From Haplodiscus bocki (lineage: Eukaryota), in assembly GCA_965655095.1 (NCBI GenBank), contig OZ296652.1, positions 15,004,001-15,068,000 of the forward strand: 64,000 bases of DNA, read 5' to 3'. The first letter of the stretch is position 1. Every line of letters starts with the position of its first letter. Position numbers and translations under genes: made by a program. The notes beneath the pieces are model-generated. The model made no database searches. It was not told the DNA's origin and worked only from the letters and a program-made list of their open reading frames with translations. Positions 1 through 11,369 of this stretch are shown here, in pieces.

Positions 1-2
1 AC

Positions 3-281
3 AACTCGAATGAGAATTGGCGAAACAATGGAAACTTTTCTCGTTCTCCAGCGACTCAAAGGAGAGACTATTCGCAGAATAGTTCAAATTGCAAATCAAG
101 AAGTGATTGGCCCAACAACTCTGCTTTCCGCGGACGTGACAATCGACCTACGACTAGTTTTACGCCCTATGAACAAAAATTTCCACAAAACAATAATCAG
201 ACAGCATCTAACTTGGTTCGTTTCACCACAACTGACGATACTATTATTGAAATATCAGATCTTTGCCCGTTAAACTACTAA
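3..281 (+). CDS. gag: C-terminus of gag of element 1 (frame 3, N/S/R-rich, ends ...DLCPLNY*)
   Basis: Frame 3 is open from the window start to TAA at 279-281. It overlaps pol in the -1 frame at G_TTA_AAC (269-275). Confidence 0.7.
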   Translation, partial: NSNENWRNNGNFSRSPATQRRDYSQNSSNCKSRSDWPNNSAFRGRDNRPTTSFTPYEQKFPQNNNQTASNLVRFTTTDDTIIEISDLCPLNY

Positions 282-3200
282 GGTCTCCGAACTCCAACAC
301 CGACAATTCTAGAACTTCAAGACTTAGCCTCAATATCTTCTACTTTGCCACCGGAGACACTCAAAAAGATAGTGGCTTGGAGATTGAATTCATGCTGGAC
401 ACAGGAGCATCTTGCTCGATTATCAATTACCGAACTTTTTGGGAAATTTGTCAGTTACAGCACCCAATTACCATACTAAAAAGTACCAAGGTAACGAAGA
501 CCTATTCAGGACAAACAGTTCCTATAATTGGCTATGCAACTATAACTTTTAGTTATGATCCAGACGGACAATTTATCTTCCCACTAACAGTATGGATCAC
601 TGAGATGAGGACTCGGAACCTTCTTGGAATGGACTTCTATCAAAAACAAATTTCTGGAATTCATTTTGGCCTACCTGGGATTGAAATAAAGAATCCTCCC
701 AAGTCAATCTGCTACGGCAGTTTTCATCAAAACAAACCCTATCGTCTTTTATCACAACTTTTGAATTTTAGAATCCCTCATACGATGTATATTGATGCTA
801 AAAGTGCCCGTTGCTGGAAATATTCACCTACAGACACTCGTATACACTTCCCACCTGGCTCTACTTTTCAACCGAATCGAAATGTTGTGGCTACCGGCCT
901 ATCTTTTATAAACACCTTATGCACACGATCTGAAAGTAACCTCCCGATTTTGATGGAAAACAACAAGAACCATCAAATAAAACTACCGAAGGGACGGATT
1001 GGGTTCTCTTCCCTTGACGTGGGTGATCAAGATGAACCCAAATACCAAATACGAAGCCCGTACGAGCTAACGAATGCTATCATCTCTACTGATGAACGGT
1101 ACAATGACTGTTTTCTCCTACATTCAACAGTTCCAGCCCAGAGCAGTGATGAATTTCTCACGATCATCTATGGTAAAGAAGAACCAATTCTCCAACAAGC
1201 TAATTCAATTAGACATTGCATATCCGCGGATGCCCGAATGAGTAGAGGCTTTGCCGATTTTCTGTCCCACAGAATTCCTGGTCTTAGATCGACATGCCGC
1301 AAAGCAAGGCATTTCATGGGACAAGTCTACCCTTTTTGGGATTCAACAGGGAAACGCTATATCTACAACTTGGTGACTAAAGAAAGATTTTGCGATAAAT
1401 CGAATCTATCTACATTGTCTAAAACGTTAGAAGCAATGAAAATTCATGCAAGTATGAATGGCATTTCTACTATTCTACTATTGCTATACCCAAGCTTGGC
1501 TGTGGACTAGATCATATGAACTGGCAAGAAGTTGTGAAACTACTCCGAGATATCTTCGCCTACGCTGATGTTCAAATTGTAGTATACACTCTCGAAGAAA
1601 ATGGAGTTCACGCGCTGTCCGCTGAGGTAGACGCTGAGTTCTATGCTGATGATGAGATAGAACGATACAGTGAAAAATTCCTCTTAGAAAACCGTGAGAT
1701 GGAAACAGACTTCACTAAGGATTCCAAATCCTGCCAACCGACATGTGACTAACAATTCCCAGTCCTCCGCGAGAAACATCACAACGACCGACTCATTGAC
1801 CACTACCTTCAATATCAGCCCAAAGAAATCACAAACTATGTTAAGGATTTCGATTTTCAGTACTCAGACATTACAGATGAGGAAATGATACTCCTGATTG
1901 ATATGCTAGTTGACGCGCGGGATGTTTATACTCAACGATAATTCGATGTGGGCAAGACCCGCCTGAAATTACATGTCACTCTGAAACCTAACGTTGAACT
2001 GAAACGACAATGACCTAGTAAAGTTCCCTCACACTTAAAAGAAAAGTTAGAAAAGCTACTCACACAATAAGAGAACACCGATATCATTCGTGAAATGGGT
2101 GATGACGACAAAATGGGATCGTTATTCGTTAATCCGATTATCCTAATGCCTAAAAACGACTATGTGAAGTTAGTGATTGACGCAAGATACCTCAACTCAG
2201 TGACAGACCTTACGAATTACTCCTGGCCTTTAGAACCAGTGCAGATGATCATGACTCGGGTCAATGGCAAAGTTTTCTCAGTAAGTGATCTCCCTTGTGC
2301 CTATCATCAAGTTCCGCTGAGCTCGGAAACACAAAAACTAACTAGTTTCATAATTGGTGGAAAACAGTACACTTACACATGTGGATTCTATGGGTTATGT
2401 GGACTCCCAAATTTCTGTAGCCGACTAATGACGATTTATTTCGATCAGCTCATCAGGAAAAAGCAAGCTATCACATACATCGATGATACAATGATGCAGT
2501 CACAGAACAAGAACGAGATGTTCACGGTCATCCACGAGTACCATACTCTTCCTCGGAAGGCAGGTCTCAAAGCAGCTCCCGATAAAACATATTTCTTTTT
2601 AAAGAAAGTTAGATTTCATGGTCACGTTATCTCTTCCGAAGGAATTCAACCCATTGCAAAACGCGTGAAAGACTTGAAGAATCTTAAATCACCCGAAAAA
2701 AACGAGATGTCATGAAAGTTATTGGATGCCTTGGATTCTACAGTTGTTATATTAAGAACCTCCATGTGGATAGCCAGCCATTCTATGACTTGATTAAGGA
2801 CTCGATTCCTTTTCAATGGACACATGAACACGAAAAGCTATTCCAATCAATCAAAGATAGGATTAGTGAAGACACTATCCTCGCCGTGCCCTCTACTGAA
2901 TATCCTTTTCATATTCATGTGGACTCATCGAACGTTGGGACTGGTTGTATTCCGATCCAACAGTTCCCTGAGGGAAAACGCATCATTTCCTTCAATTCTA
3001 GAATTTTCGATAAAGCCGAACAGAAAATGTCTACTTTACAGAGAACTTTGTGGAATAGTGTCAGCTCTACTAACTTACGAACATTACATCATTGGATCTC
3101 CTTTTCCTATATATCTATATTGTGATCACAAACCGATTCTTTATCTATGGGGACGTAATGGACAACTATCACACCGCTTCTTTCGATATCAAGTAATCAT

Positions 3201-5755
3201 AACGAAATTCCAAAATCTCAAGATTATCTGGACTCCAGGGTCAAATCTTGCTTTCCCGGATATCCTCAGCCAAAAAGTAACAGCAGAGGAATACCAGAAG
3301 CATCAGCTAAACAACAAGAAAGTACCTAGAAACATCGAATTCTACGATGAACATGGCTCTCCAATCACTTATCGAATTCAACACGATGATAACCCTAGCG
3401 ACACTTGTAATGACTTCTACCCGATCCATTGCCAATAAGGAAACGATAATAAGGTTCTTCGATTGCACAATGATGGTGAAAACTTCACGCTAAACAGCCT
3501 CAGCAACGAGTTTCCTTCAACAACGATAAAATCCGCGACTGACTGTTTCCGACCGGGCAAAACAATCAATCAATTCCGACGCCTATGCCTACCTTCCACA
3601 CAATCCTTGAGCTCCGCAGAAGGTTCTCATCCTACATACAGCTCTATTGATTCGTTGAATACCAGCGAAGACGATGATGCACTAGCCGAGCCCCATGACG
3701 ATGATGATAATCCAATAATCGATGACGATGAAGACAACCTTATTTGTGAAATCAATACACACGCCAATCGTTACAGATTGTGCAAAGCTAAAGCAGCTCA
3801 TGATGTTGTCCTGGGAAAAATCAACGCTTCTTTAGCAAAGAAACCACTAACAGCTACTGAGGCACCGCACTTGGATACCAAGTCGTTAAATGCGAAACTA
3901 GACGATGTTGCTAAAACAATCGATCTTGACATGTCTACAATATTGGCAGAACAGATCAAAGACCCTGTTCTTGGTATAGTTAGATCATGGATCCGAAAAG
4001 GAACTTCACCCGAACCTAAAGATCCTGAGATCCAACAATTAAAAGGACTTTTACGATATTGCCAAGAGTTTGACCGACTTTTAATCGAAGAAAAAGGACA
4101 ACTTCTATGTTACAACGAACCTAAGGCTAAACTAGACGATGAAAATCTACGAATTTGTCTACCCTTATCATTATTCCTAGCGTGTTTCGGACTTGGACAC
4201 TACAACGAAATGGGTGGACACATGGGCACTTCGAAGACTTACAAAAATGCAAAAAGATTCTACTACTGGCCTGGCATGTTTGATTGGATATGTGCACTCA
4301 CTGCTGATTGTCTAACTTGCCAAAACAACAAACCAAAGCCTAAACACAAGAACGAGGTACCATTGGAAGAATGGCAAAACGAGACAGTCCCGTTTCGAAC
4401 AACCCACCAAGTAATCGGAATCTTCATTATCTATTGGTTATAGACGCATTCTCTTGATTCTTGATGGTATATCCAGTTACTAACACTGGTGCTCAGGCTA
4501 CTATCTCTGCTATCGAGAAATGGATCCATTCCTTCGGAATACCTCAGTCTATTGTGCTTGACCGCGGTACGGCTTTCATTAATACCGAATTCATAAACTG
4601 GACAAAAGAATCGGGAATCACTTTACCACCTCGAACAGCGCACTCAACTTGGACTAATGGCAAAATTGAAACGCAGAATCAACACATTGCACGTTATTGG
4701 CGGAACTTCTTGAACGACGCAGGAAACAATTGGTCTTCACTAGCTCCTAAATTTGCTTTTGCACACAACACGAGTGTTAACTACACTACGGGAAGGACAC
4801 CGTATGAGATTGTTTTCGGTACAAAACCTCAGATTCCTATGTCTTTGAAACTTGGACTTTACCGCAATAATCACAAACTTTGCTGTTCCGAATTCTGCAA
4901 AGATCTACCATCTCACTCACACAGTGAGAACAACTTAAAGAATCAGTTTTTAGACAATCTCCTTCGCCCAAAACTTTCACACGCACTCCTAGAACGAGAA
5001 CGCGACTTTAAAAGGATCTATTCTGCTACCTTTGAAAGATGTCGGGAACAAACAGCTAGATCTCATGCTTACAGAAACCGATTCAAACTGGGACAACACT
5101 TAGACATAGGACAAAAAGTTTTTTTCGAAAACCATCGACAAGATCTCTCTAGGAGCCAAAAACTTCAACAAAGACGACTCGGACCCTTTACAGTAAAAAA
5201 AAGAGTAACTAACACAACTTATCAAATTCAAGATGACAAAGATCCTACAATTTCAAAACAGTGCATCGCAATCACCTGGTCGAATACTACCCTAAAGAGG
5301 AAACTCTACCTCCAATGATAGAAGAATATGTGCCCATGGATCGCCGTACTGATGATTTTTACGAAAGATTCGTGGAGCAACGAATTCAAAAGATAAACAA
5401 CCCCGGACAATCTGGCATGGAAGAGTCTCTTCCATTCCCTATTGAACCCCTTCGTACAGCTCCGGTTTCACTTCCACGGAAACGAGTCAGCAATACTAGC
5501 AAATGTTCTGGAGTTAACTCTGCTCATGTCCTATCACCGGCAATGCCAATAACTCCTGATACTTCCCAGCCCCATTTAATACCATCAACTTCGCGAATGA
5601 ATCCTCCTAGCGGACCATTAACTCCCATTCAACAATTCATTAATAACAGCCGTAAATCAAAGAACAATGAACCTAAATACAATCGTTCCCAACCCCTTCA
5701 TCCTGACCCACAGTCGGTGCTTCGTACTCGTACACGACAGGGCTATAAAGTCTAG
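263..5755 (+). pseudogene. pol: pol polyprotein of element 1 (aspartic protease, macrodomain, RT, RNase H, integrase); several stops and frameshifts
   Basis: Protease LDTGAS (~393); RT LVIDARYLN, AYHQV, YIDD (~2475); RNase H HVDSS and YCDHKP; integrase HHCC (GHYNEMGGHMG...CLTCQ), LDRGTAF, NGKIE, GPF module. Confidence 0.95.
1160..1595 (+). CDS. TARG1/OARD1 (Poa1p-like) macrodomain embedded in pol between protease and RT
   Basis: HCISADARMSRGFA...RYIYNLVTKE...LSKTLEAMKIH, then after a frameshift from a duplicated TTCTACTA (~1465-1480) AIPKLGCGLDHMNWQEVVKLLRDIF...IVVY. This matches the TARG1 pattern HCISEDCRMGAGIA...YIYYLITKK...MPRIGCGLDRLQW. Confidence 0.88.
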
Positions 5756-6063
5756 ATCTTGCATCTTTTATAAGACTTTTTATGCTTTTTACTCACCGAA
5801 ACTCCCGTTCTCGAAACTCAACGGCTCCTTATGAAGACTTCAGTATTTTTTTTTCCACATAACCATGCCTAAATGCCATAAAATTTACCCGAATTGCATC
5901 TGGCAAGTTCCAACTGGGTTTTTATTCAGCTCTTCCAACTAAAGTCCATTGCAATTATGCCACTCATAATGTGAGAGTGTGCCGTACACCGATTTCGCCA
6001 AAGACTTCCAAACTGGACCTTACTGACAAAAGTAATCTTCAAGTTCACTTTGGCTCTAAAGCA

Positions 6064-6273
6064 ATGGCGAGTCTGTACGATCTCCTCTGCTATCACTCTC
6101 TTACATCTACGGATCCACTCCTCGAAGAATTACTTGCTTATCTCTCCACACGTTTCCAGTCTCATATCTTCGACTATATCACCTATGAACACTCCTCAGA
6201 TGATGAATCAGTTCATTCAATCGACTCTTCAATTTCTGCATTTTATTCCGACAATTCGACTTACTTTTCTTAA
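6064..6273 (+). CDS. Small acidic/Ser-rich ORF of unknown function after pol
   Basis: ATG at 6064 within ORF 5971..6273 (MASLYDLLCYH...); no recognisable domain. Confidence 0.3.
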   Translation: MASLYDLLCYHSLTSTDPLLEELLAYLSTRFQSHIFDYITYEHSSDDESVHSIDSSISAFYSDNSTYFS

Positions 6274-6398
6274 CAACTTTTATCTCTTCCTTTTTTTTAT
6301 GCGACTCCAAGATTTTTAACAACACCACTGGGTACAAAATATACAAAAGGGCCGCCGGCCGAGAGTAACCGACGACGCAGAAGGAGGGCCCAGAAGCC

Positions 6399-6998
6399 CT
6401 ACAATTCTAGAAGGCCACCAGACGCGGCGAGCAGCTCCAACTGCTCCCGCATTTCCTGGACAGTCCGGGCGGGGGACATCCGGAGCCACTGCCGGCGATC
6501 AAAGCTGGTCAAAGAATTATAGCCAGCGAGGTAAGCCCTCAGCTTACAGATGAGGACCTCCCCCGCTGGCTGAGTAAACTTCAGCTCCCACTGGTGCCCC
6601 CATACGAATTTTAGGAAAGTTTTGAAGTTAGCCGAAATCTCCGGTTCCTCTAGACGTAAGTCTGGAGTACCCCGGAGACTTTGGGCTTTCACCGCCCACT
6701 GCTCTAATTCTGTAATGTCGTCGGCCGAAAAGAAATCCATAACGCTGGGGGCGTCCCCAAACTGCGGCTACGGAGACCCTGGCCCCGGCCCCGGCGAAAC
6801 AGCAGGCGAAGCAGCAGGAGACGGCTCTGGCGACGAAGGAGGAGACGGGGACGGAGACTCTGGGTTATCTGCGGGAACAACTTGAACCTCTAAAGAAATT
6901 TTGATTGGCTGGGGAGCAACGACGCCTACCACCACCTCCTGTTGACCCACTTCGACCTCCTGGTCTGATAACTCTTCATAATAGTCCTCGCTTTCCAT
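6399..6998 (-). pseudogene. Antisense accessory ORF (~200 codons; acidic N-terminus, P/S linker, globular C-terminus) with one in-frame TAG
   Basis: ORFs 6768..6998 and 6399..6740 share a frame and are separated only by TAG (6768-6770). GC-rich island. Splice-acceptor-like TTTTCTTGTTGTAG|G precedes the ATG. Confidence 0.6.
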
Positions 6999-7434
6999 CC
7001 TACAACAAGAAAATTTCAGAAAATGAAACTACGACCCGCCTGCACTTATCCCGACTCCTCTTTTGGATGACTTTGTAATATCTCTTATTCCTGTTGCTTT
7101 ACACCTTTCTGACTCCTAGTTTCTTCAATGGATCTCTTGAAATCTTCTTCTCACCCGAACCAGACTCCTACTCTACCCTCGAGACACCTATTTCTACCCG
7201 GAATGCCCTACTACGATGAATCGTAACAGAACCAAGGAAATAAAAGAAGGAAGAATGAATGAAGAACGCTCATCTGATAATTCTTTTCATTTTATTTTTG
7301 TTATAAATTTTTGTTCTACTTAATCAAAAATTTCAAAAAAAAATCCTTGTTATATATTAATAATTTATAAATATTGCATACTCGAAGAGCAATGAAATAA
7401 CTGATGACTTCGTTCTCAGATTTGCTATGAATCG

Positions 7435-7656
7435 ATGTATGTGAAAAATGACGGACAATTAAAAACAATCCACAGAATTGAGCTGAAGTCCGATTCAAAG
7501 ACGATTCTACTGCATATTGAAACTGAAACAGGGACAGAAGAAGTGTATAACTGCCCTTCTGAATCACCCAACTATTATCACTTGCGCAAACTTCTTTTCT
7601 CAGAAGTCAATATTCCTAGCGACATTTTTTGTGGAAACGAGATTTTCATTATTTAG
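7435..7656 (+). CDS. 73-aa accessory ORF A (paralog 1)
   Basis: ATG...TAG, 222 nt; motif YNCPSESPNYYHLRKLLF shared in pattern with the next two ORFs. Confidence 0.65.
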   Translation: MYVKNDGQLKTIHRIELKSDSKTILLHIETETGTEEVYNCPSESPNYYHLRKLLFSEVNIPSDIFCGNEIFII

Positions 7657-7878
7657 ATGACACTCACTCTTCTGAATATTGACAATCAACACCAAATAAT
7701 TTTGAGCATTGCCTTCAACTATATCACTGAAGAATTCAGAGTCATAACCGAGTCAACTAACGACGATCAAATAACAGCCTTCATTTGTACTCCTGGATCA
7801 TCTCACTATTCATTCATCGAAACTTTATTCAAAAATCCACCTCCAGTCCTGATCAAGAGTCAAGACGGGAAACTTTAG
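7657..7878 (+). CDS. 73-aa accessory ORF B (paralog 2)
   Basis: ATG directly follows the previous TAG; 222 nt; FICTPGSSHYSFIETLFKNPPP. Confidence 0.7.
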   Translation: MTLTLLNIDNQHQIILSIAFNYITEEFRVITESTNDDQITAFICTPGSSHYSFIETLFKNPPPVLIKSQDGKL

Positions 7879-8100
7879 ATGACAACTATTTTCCTCGATA
7901 TTAACGGCAAAATCTACATTATCAAAAGCCTAACTTACAACATTACGACTGAAAGTTACAAAAACGACACGGAAAAGCTTGAAAATTGGGAAAAAGTTAC
8001 TTTTTCTTGTCCTTCAGAATCTACAAATTTCGCATTTACTGAAGGCCTATTCAAGAATAATCCCCCAATAAAGATTGTTAGCATGTACCACACGATTTGA
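7879..8100 (+). CDS. 73-aa accessory ORF C (paralog 3)
   Basis: ATG directly follows the previous TAG; 222 nt; FSCPSESTNFAFTEGLFKNNPP. Confidence 0.7.
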   Translation: MTTIFLDINGKIYIIKSLTYNITTESYKNDTEKLENWEKVTFSCPSESTNFAFTEGLFKNNPPIKIVSMYHTI

Positions 8101-8119
8101 ATAATTAACAATTCACTGA

Positions 8120-8503
8120 ATGAAACCGGTAGAAATCATTTTAAATCGACCTGGTGTTAATAGGACGCATTTGAGAGCTGACATTCGCTGCAAGTGGACA
8201 CCATTTTCTCTTCAAGGAGAACACTTAATAACTACATTCTTTTGGATCCCGGACGGAAGTCCTTTACAAGTCAGATTGCGGGTTACTGAGAATCTACTCG
8301 CAATAATCCTTATTCCCATAACAGTTCAAACAGAAGAGTTCGCCAAACTCTTTTTGACTCTAAAAATTTCCAGGACGCTGGATAAGAGAGAAAAGCAAAG
8401 CTTGGACGATCTTCTGGATTATATGGACAAGAACCTTGGGAGATTTAACGAGGTGTCCCACAACAATATCCTGGACGATCTTGTTGATCTATACGACATT
8501 TGA
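8120..8503 (+). CDS. 127-aa accessory ORF D of unknown function
   Basis: Intact ATG ORF starting 19 nt after ORF C; protein-like composition. Confidence 0.6.
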   Translation: MKPVEIILNRPGVNRTHLRADIRCKWTPFSLQGEHLITTFFWIPDGSPLQVRLRVTENLLAIILIPITVQTEEFAKLFLTLKISRTLDKREKQSLDDLLDYMDKNLGRFNEVSHNNILDDLVDLYDI

Positions 8504-9166
8504 ACTTAACATCAAGTGCCTGTGGCAGCATCCTGCTACGAGTAGTCATTTGGAAATCACAAAGATCGAGTGGAGCGAAAAAACTGACCCAATTTTAATA
8601 ACAGCCCACAGTCTGAGACAACTACAGCCTGGAACATGGAAATTTTCCATTAAACCAGGGACTGAAGAGTTATGAAATCTCCTCTCATCCCTGCAGGAAT
8701 TCACGATAATCCCGCAATTCAGAAACACTCATCCTCTGACCAGATACTTAGTCAAACAACTCATACGTCAGTGTCAATCTTCAACCTCAGACGATCAAGC
8801 AACAAGCCCAAAACGCAACAAAACAAACTACGATTAACGAAATCCAATGGTTGAGGTGAGTTATATTTAAAAGTTCAATTTGGCACTTTTTTGGTGATAA
8901 CGGTTCTATTCCGGCACCCTTTATAAAAACCTCGCCGTCATTTTATTAGTAGTGGAGCTACTACTATAAAATCTTAGCTCCCACTTTTTGTTAGTGCTCA
9001 CAAAGCGCCGGTTTGATATTACGGCATTTTTCAATAGCTATTCCTCCAGAAAAATAGAGTGAACTTCCACTGGGAAACCCCGTGAAGACGCTATATTCTT
9101 TTTTTCAATAGTTATTCCCGCCGAAGTAAAATACCAGAGATGGAACTTCCGCTAAAAAGTCCAGCG

Positions 9167-11319
9167 ATGACGCTATTTTTTTTCAATACCTCGTGTTTTG
9201 TTCCGAGGTTACTTCCACTTTAGTTCCAGATGCAGATCAGGTTGCCAAGAATCTTAAAGTGTCTCACTTTGGCTGCGGCGCAAGGACAGAAAACACTCTC
9301 TATGCTCTCAACCAGGTACAGCAATGTCACAATACACCGGAGGAACTGGAAATTAGTCAGACGAAAATCATTCTCTACACCAAGCATTTCCGAAAAGAGC
9401 TTAATGCAACAAAATGCCGAATACAACATCAACGCGAGAAGTGGCACTGCGGACATAATGACCACAGCAGCATCGACCACACTGTAGCTGGAATTACTAG
9501 CGACTTAGTAATATCACCGAAACAATGCCGATCTCTCGCGAATGGGAAATCAATCTATCTGACTGATCAATTCTTGGCAGTTGAGTACGATACAAAGGAT
9601 CCTATTGTTAAGACTGACGGCTCTACAAGCGATAGTGACAGAAACTATTGCAATGTACGTGGATGGATTACCCGCGATACCTTCGTACCTCACATGCAAC
9701 GAACGACATTGAAAGTAAGAATGTCAACTGAGAAAGTTTTATCCGATTCCGCTCAAGTGCTGCCATGTGCATTGGAAGAACTAGGCTGTGAGACGACTTC
9801 GCTGGAGCCCTATGCTTACATATGGGACCACCCGGACGACTGTGTGTTATCAGTCCTCCGAACTGAAGATGTGAACATGGTGAAACAAAGAACAAAATAA
9901 TATATAACCAGTGGACCTGATTCAACAACTAAATTTGTGTTCGAAGTCAAGAACAACCCTCAAAAACATTGTGGAAAACCGACAGATATTTATCAAACTA
10001 ATTACGATTCACTATACGTAGCAATTATTAATGGAGGCTTCGACCTGAGATCTGGACGGAACCTTGGTAAAGAACGGAATGGTGCTACTCAACTTTTATA
10101 GTATATACCACCCACCGAGATCAATGGATTTGCTCAACTCTATGCATATGATCCAAAACACACATTCCACAAAACAAGCGATGAAGATATGTATCTGAAT
10201 ATGGACTATGAAATGCACATGGGAACAAAATTGGACTATCTCTTCTTCCAGAGCTCACGATTACTTCAAGCTTCTGAGATACAACTATTGAAGAACCAAT
10301 GTGAACAAAAACGAACGCAGATTCTCACTATTTTGATACTATCTCTTGAAAACCCACGTATCGCAGGCAATATGTCAACTGGAACCCGGTCAATGTTTCT
10401 GGAGACTGATGGCAGCTTAGCTTGGTTGTATCACTGCCCACTAGTTCAGTCACCGCTTCATACCATGAACCAATGTTATGATCGTATCCCAATACTCTAC
10501 GAGGGCTAAATCCAATTTGTTGATACTATCACACGACAAACACATCTAGTAGCTAACATACAAAATTGTACCGATCGGATAAAAAATCTATTTCAATTCG
10601 ACATGGATCAAGAGGACTCGTAGTAAACACTAACGCCTGGCATTGTACACCAGGATAGACCCGCTGTGTTCGGGCCTAAAGGCGTTTCACCAGTAGCAGT
10701 TCATTCTTTTCCTGGATCCCAAGATGCTCGAATGGACACTAGAAGCGAACTTAGTCACTTTTGGGACAGTATCTTGATCAGCGCTGCCCCCCGAAAAGCT
10801 TTAAAAAAGTTTTCGCAGAAGCTCAGTGTCTTTTCAATCAACAACAAGAGCCCGGACAGTTTTCCCTATTAAGCTCCCAGAACAGATTTCTTCGTGGACA
10901 ACATGATCTCACCTGGATATTTCAAAGATCGGTTTATGGATACATATGGACCAGTCGCCTACGTTCTCGAACACTGTGGAGTCTACTTCTCTGTATTTAT
11001 ATCTTTTAAACTCTTAATAGATGTTGTGAATATGGTAATACGCCACTCGGAGATAACTAAAATGACTGGCGAATCACTCAGGTTCGGTAACACCCTTCCA
11101 AACGCCTCATATAATATTTTTCTCATGTCAGTTCTGACTTCAAGGTATGATCCGCGCGCGCCAACACTTGCAATGGTAGAAGAAGAAAGAAAAACGCTCT
11201 GTAATGAGGAAGAATTGCACGATATGAGAGAAGATAACAAAAAAAAGGAAGAGCACATCTATCCTGTAATGAGTCCGGCTCGATTTAACCAGGCCGTGAC
11301 AAAAAATTCACCTGTTTAA
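9167..11319 (+). pseudogene. env: env-like glycoprotein resembling chuvirus G / class III viral fusion proteins
   Basis: ORF pieces 9193, 10189, 10666 and 10894 are all in one frame, separated by stops. Cys-rich ectodomain (KCRIQHQREKWHCG, CEQKRTQ, AWLYHC...CYDRIPILY, FVDTITR), C-terminal TM (VYFSVFISFKLLIDVV), and a putative signal peptide from ATG 9167 shifted by a T-run. Confidence 0.8.
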
Positions 11320-11369
11320 TTTTGTCCTATTTATTTTTGAAGCCCAATTACACTCCGTTTTTCTCCCTT

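Noticed and set aside
10-273. 87-aa ORF in frame 1 as gag
   Set aside because: Frame 3 has the gag-like composition and the correct -1 relation to pol; frame 1 is likely a shadow ORF.
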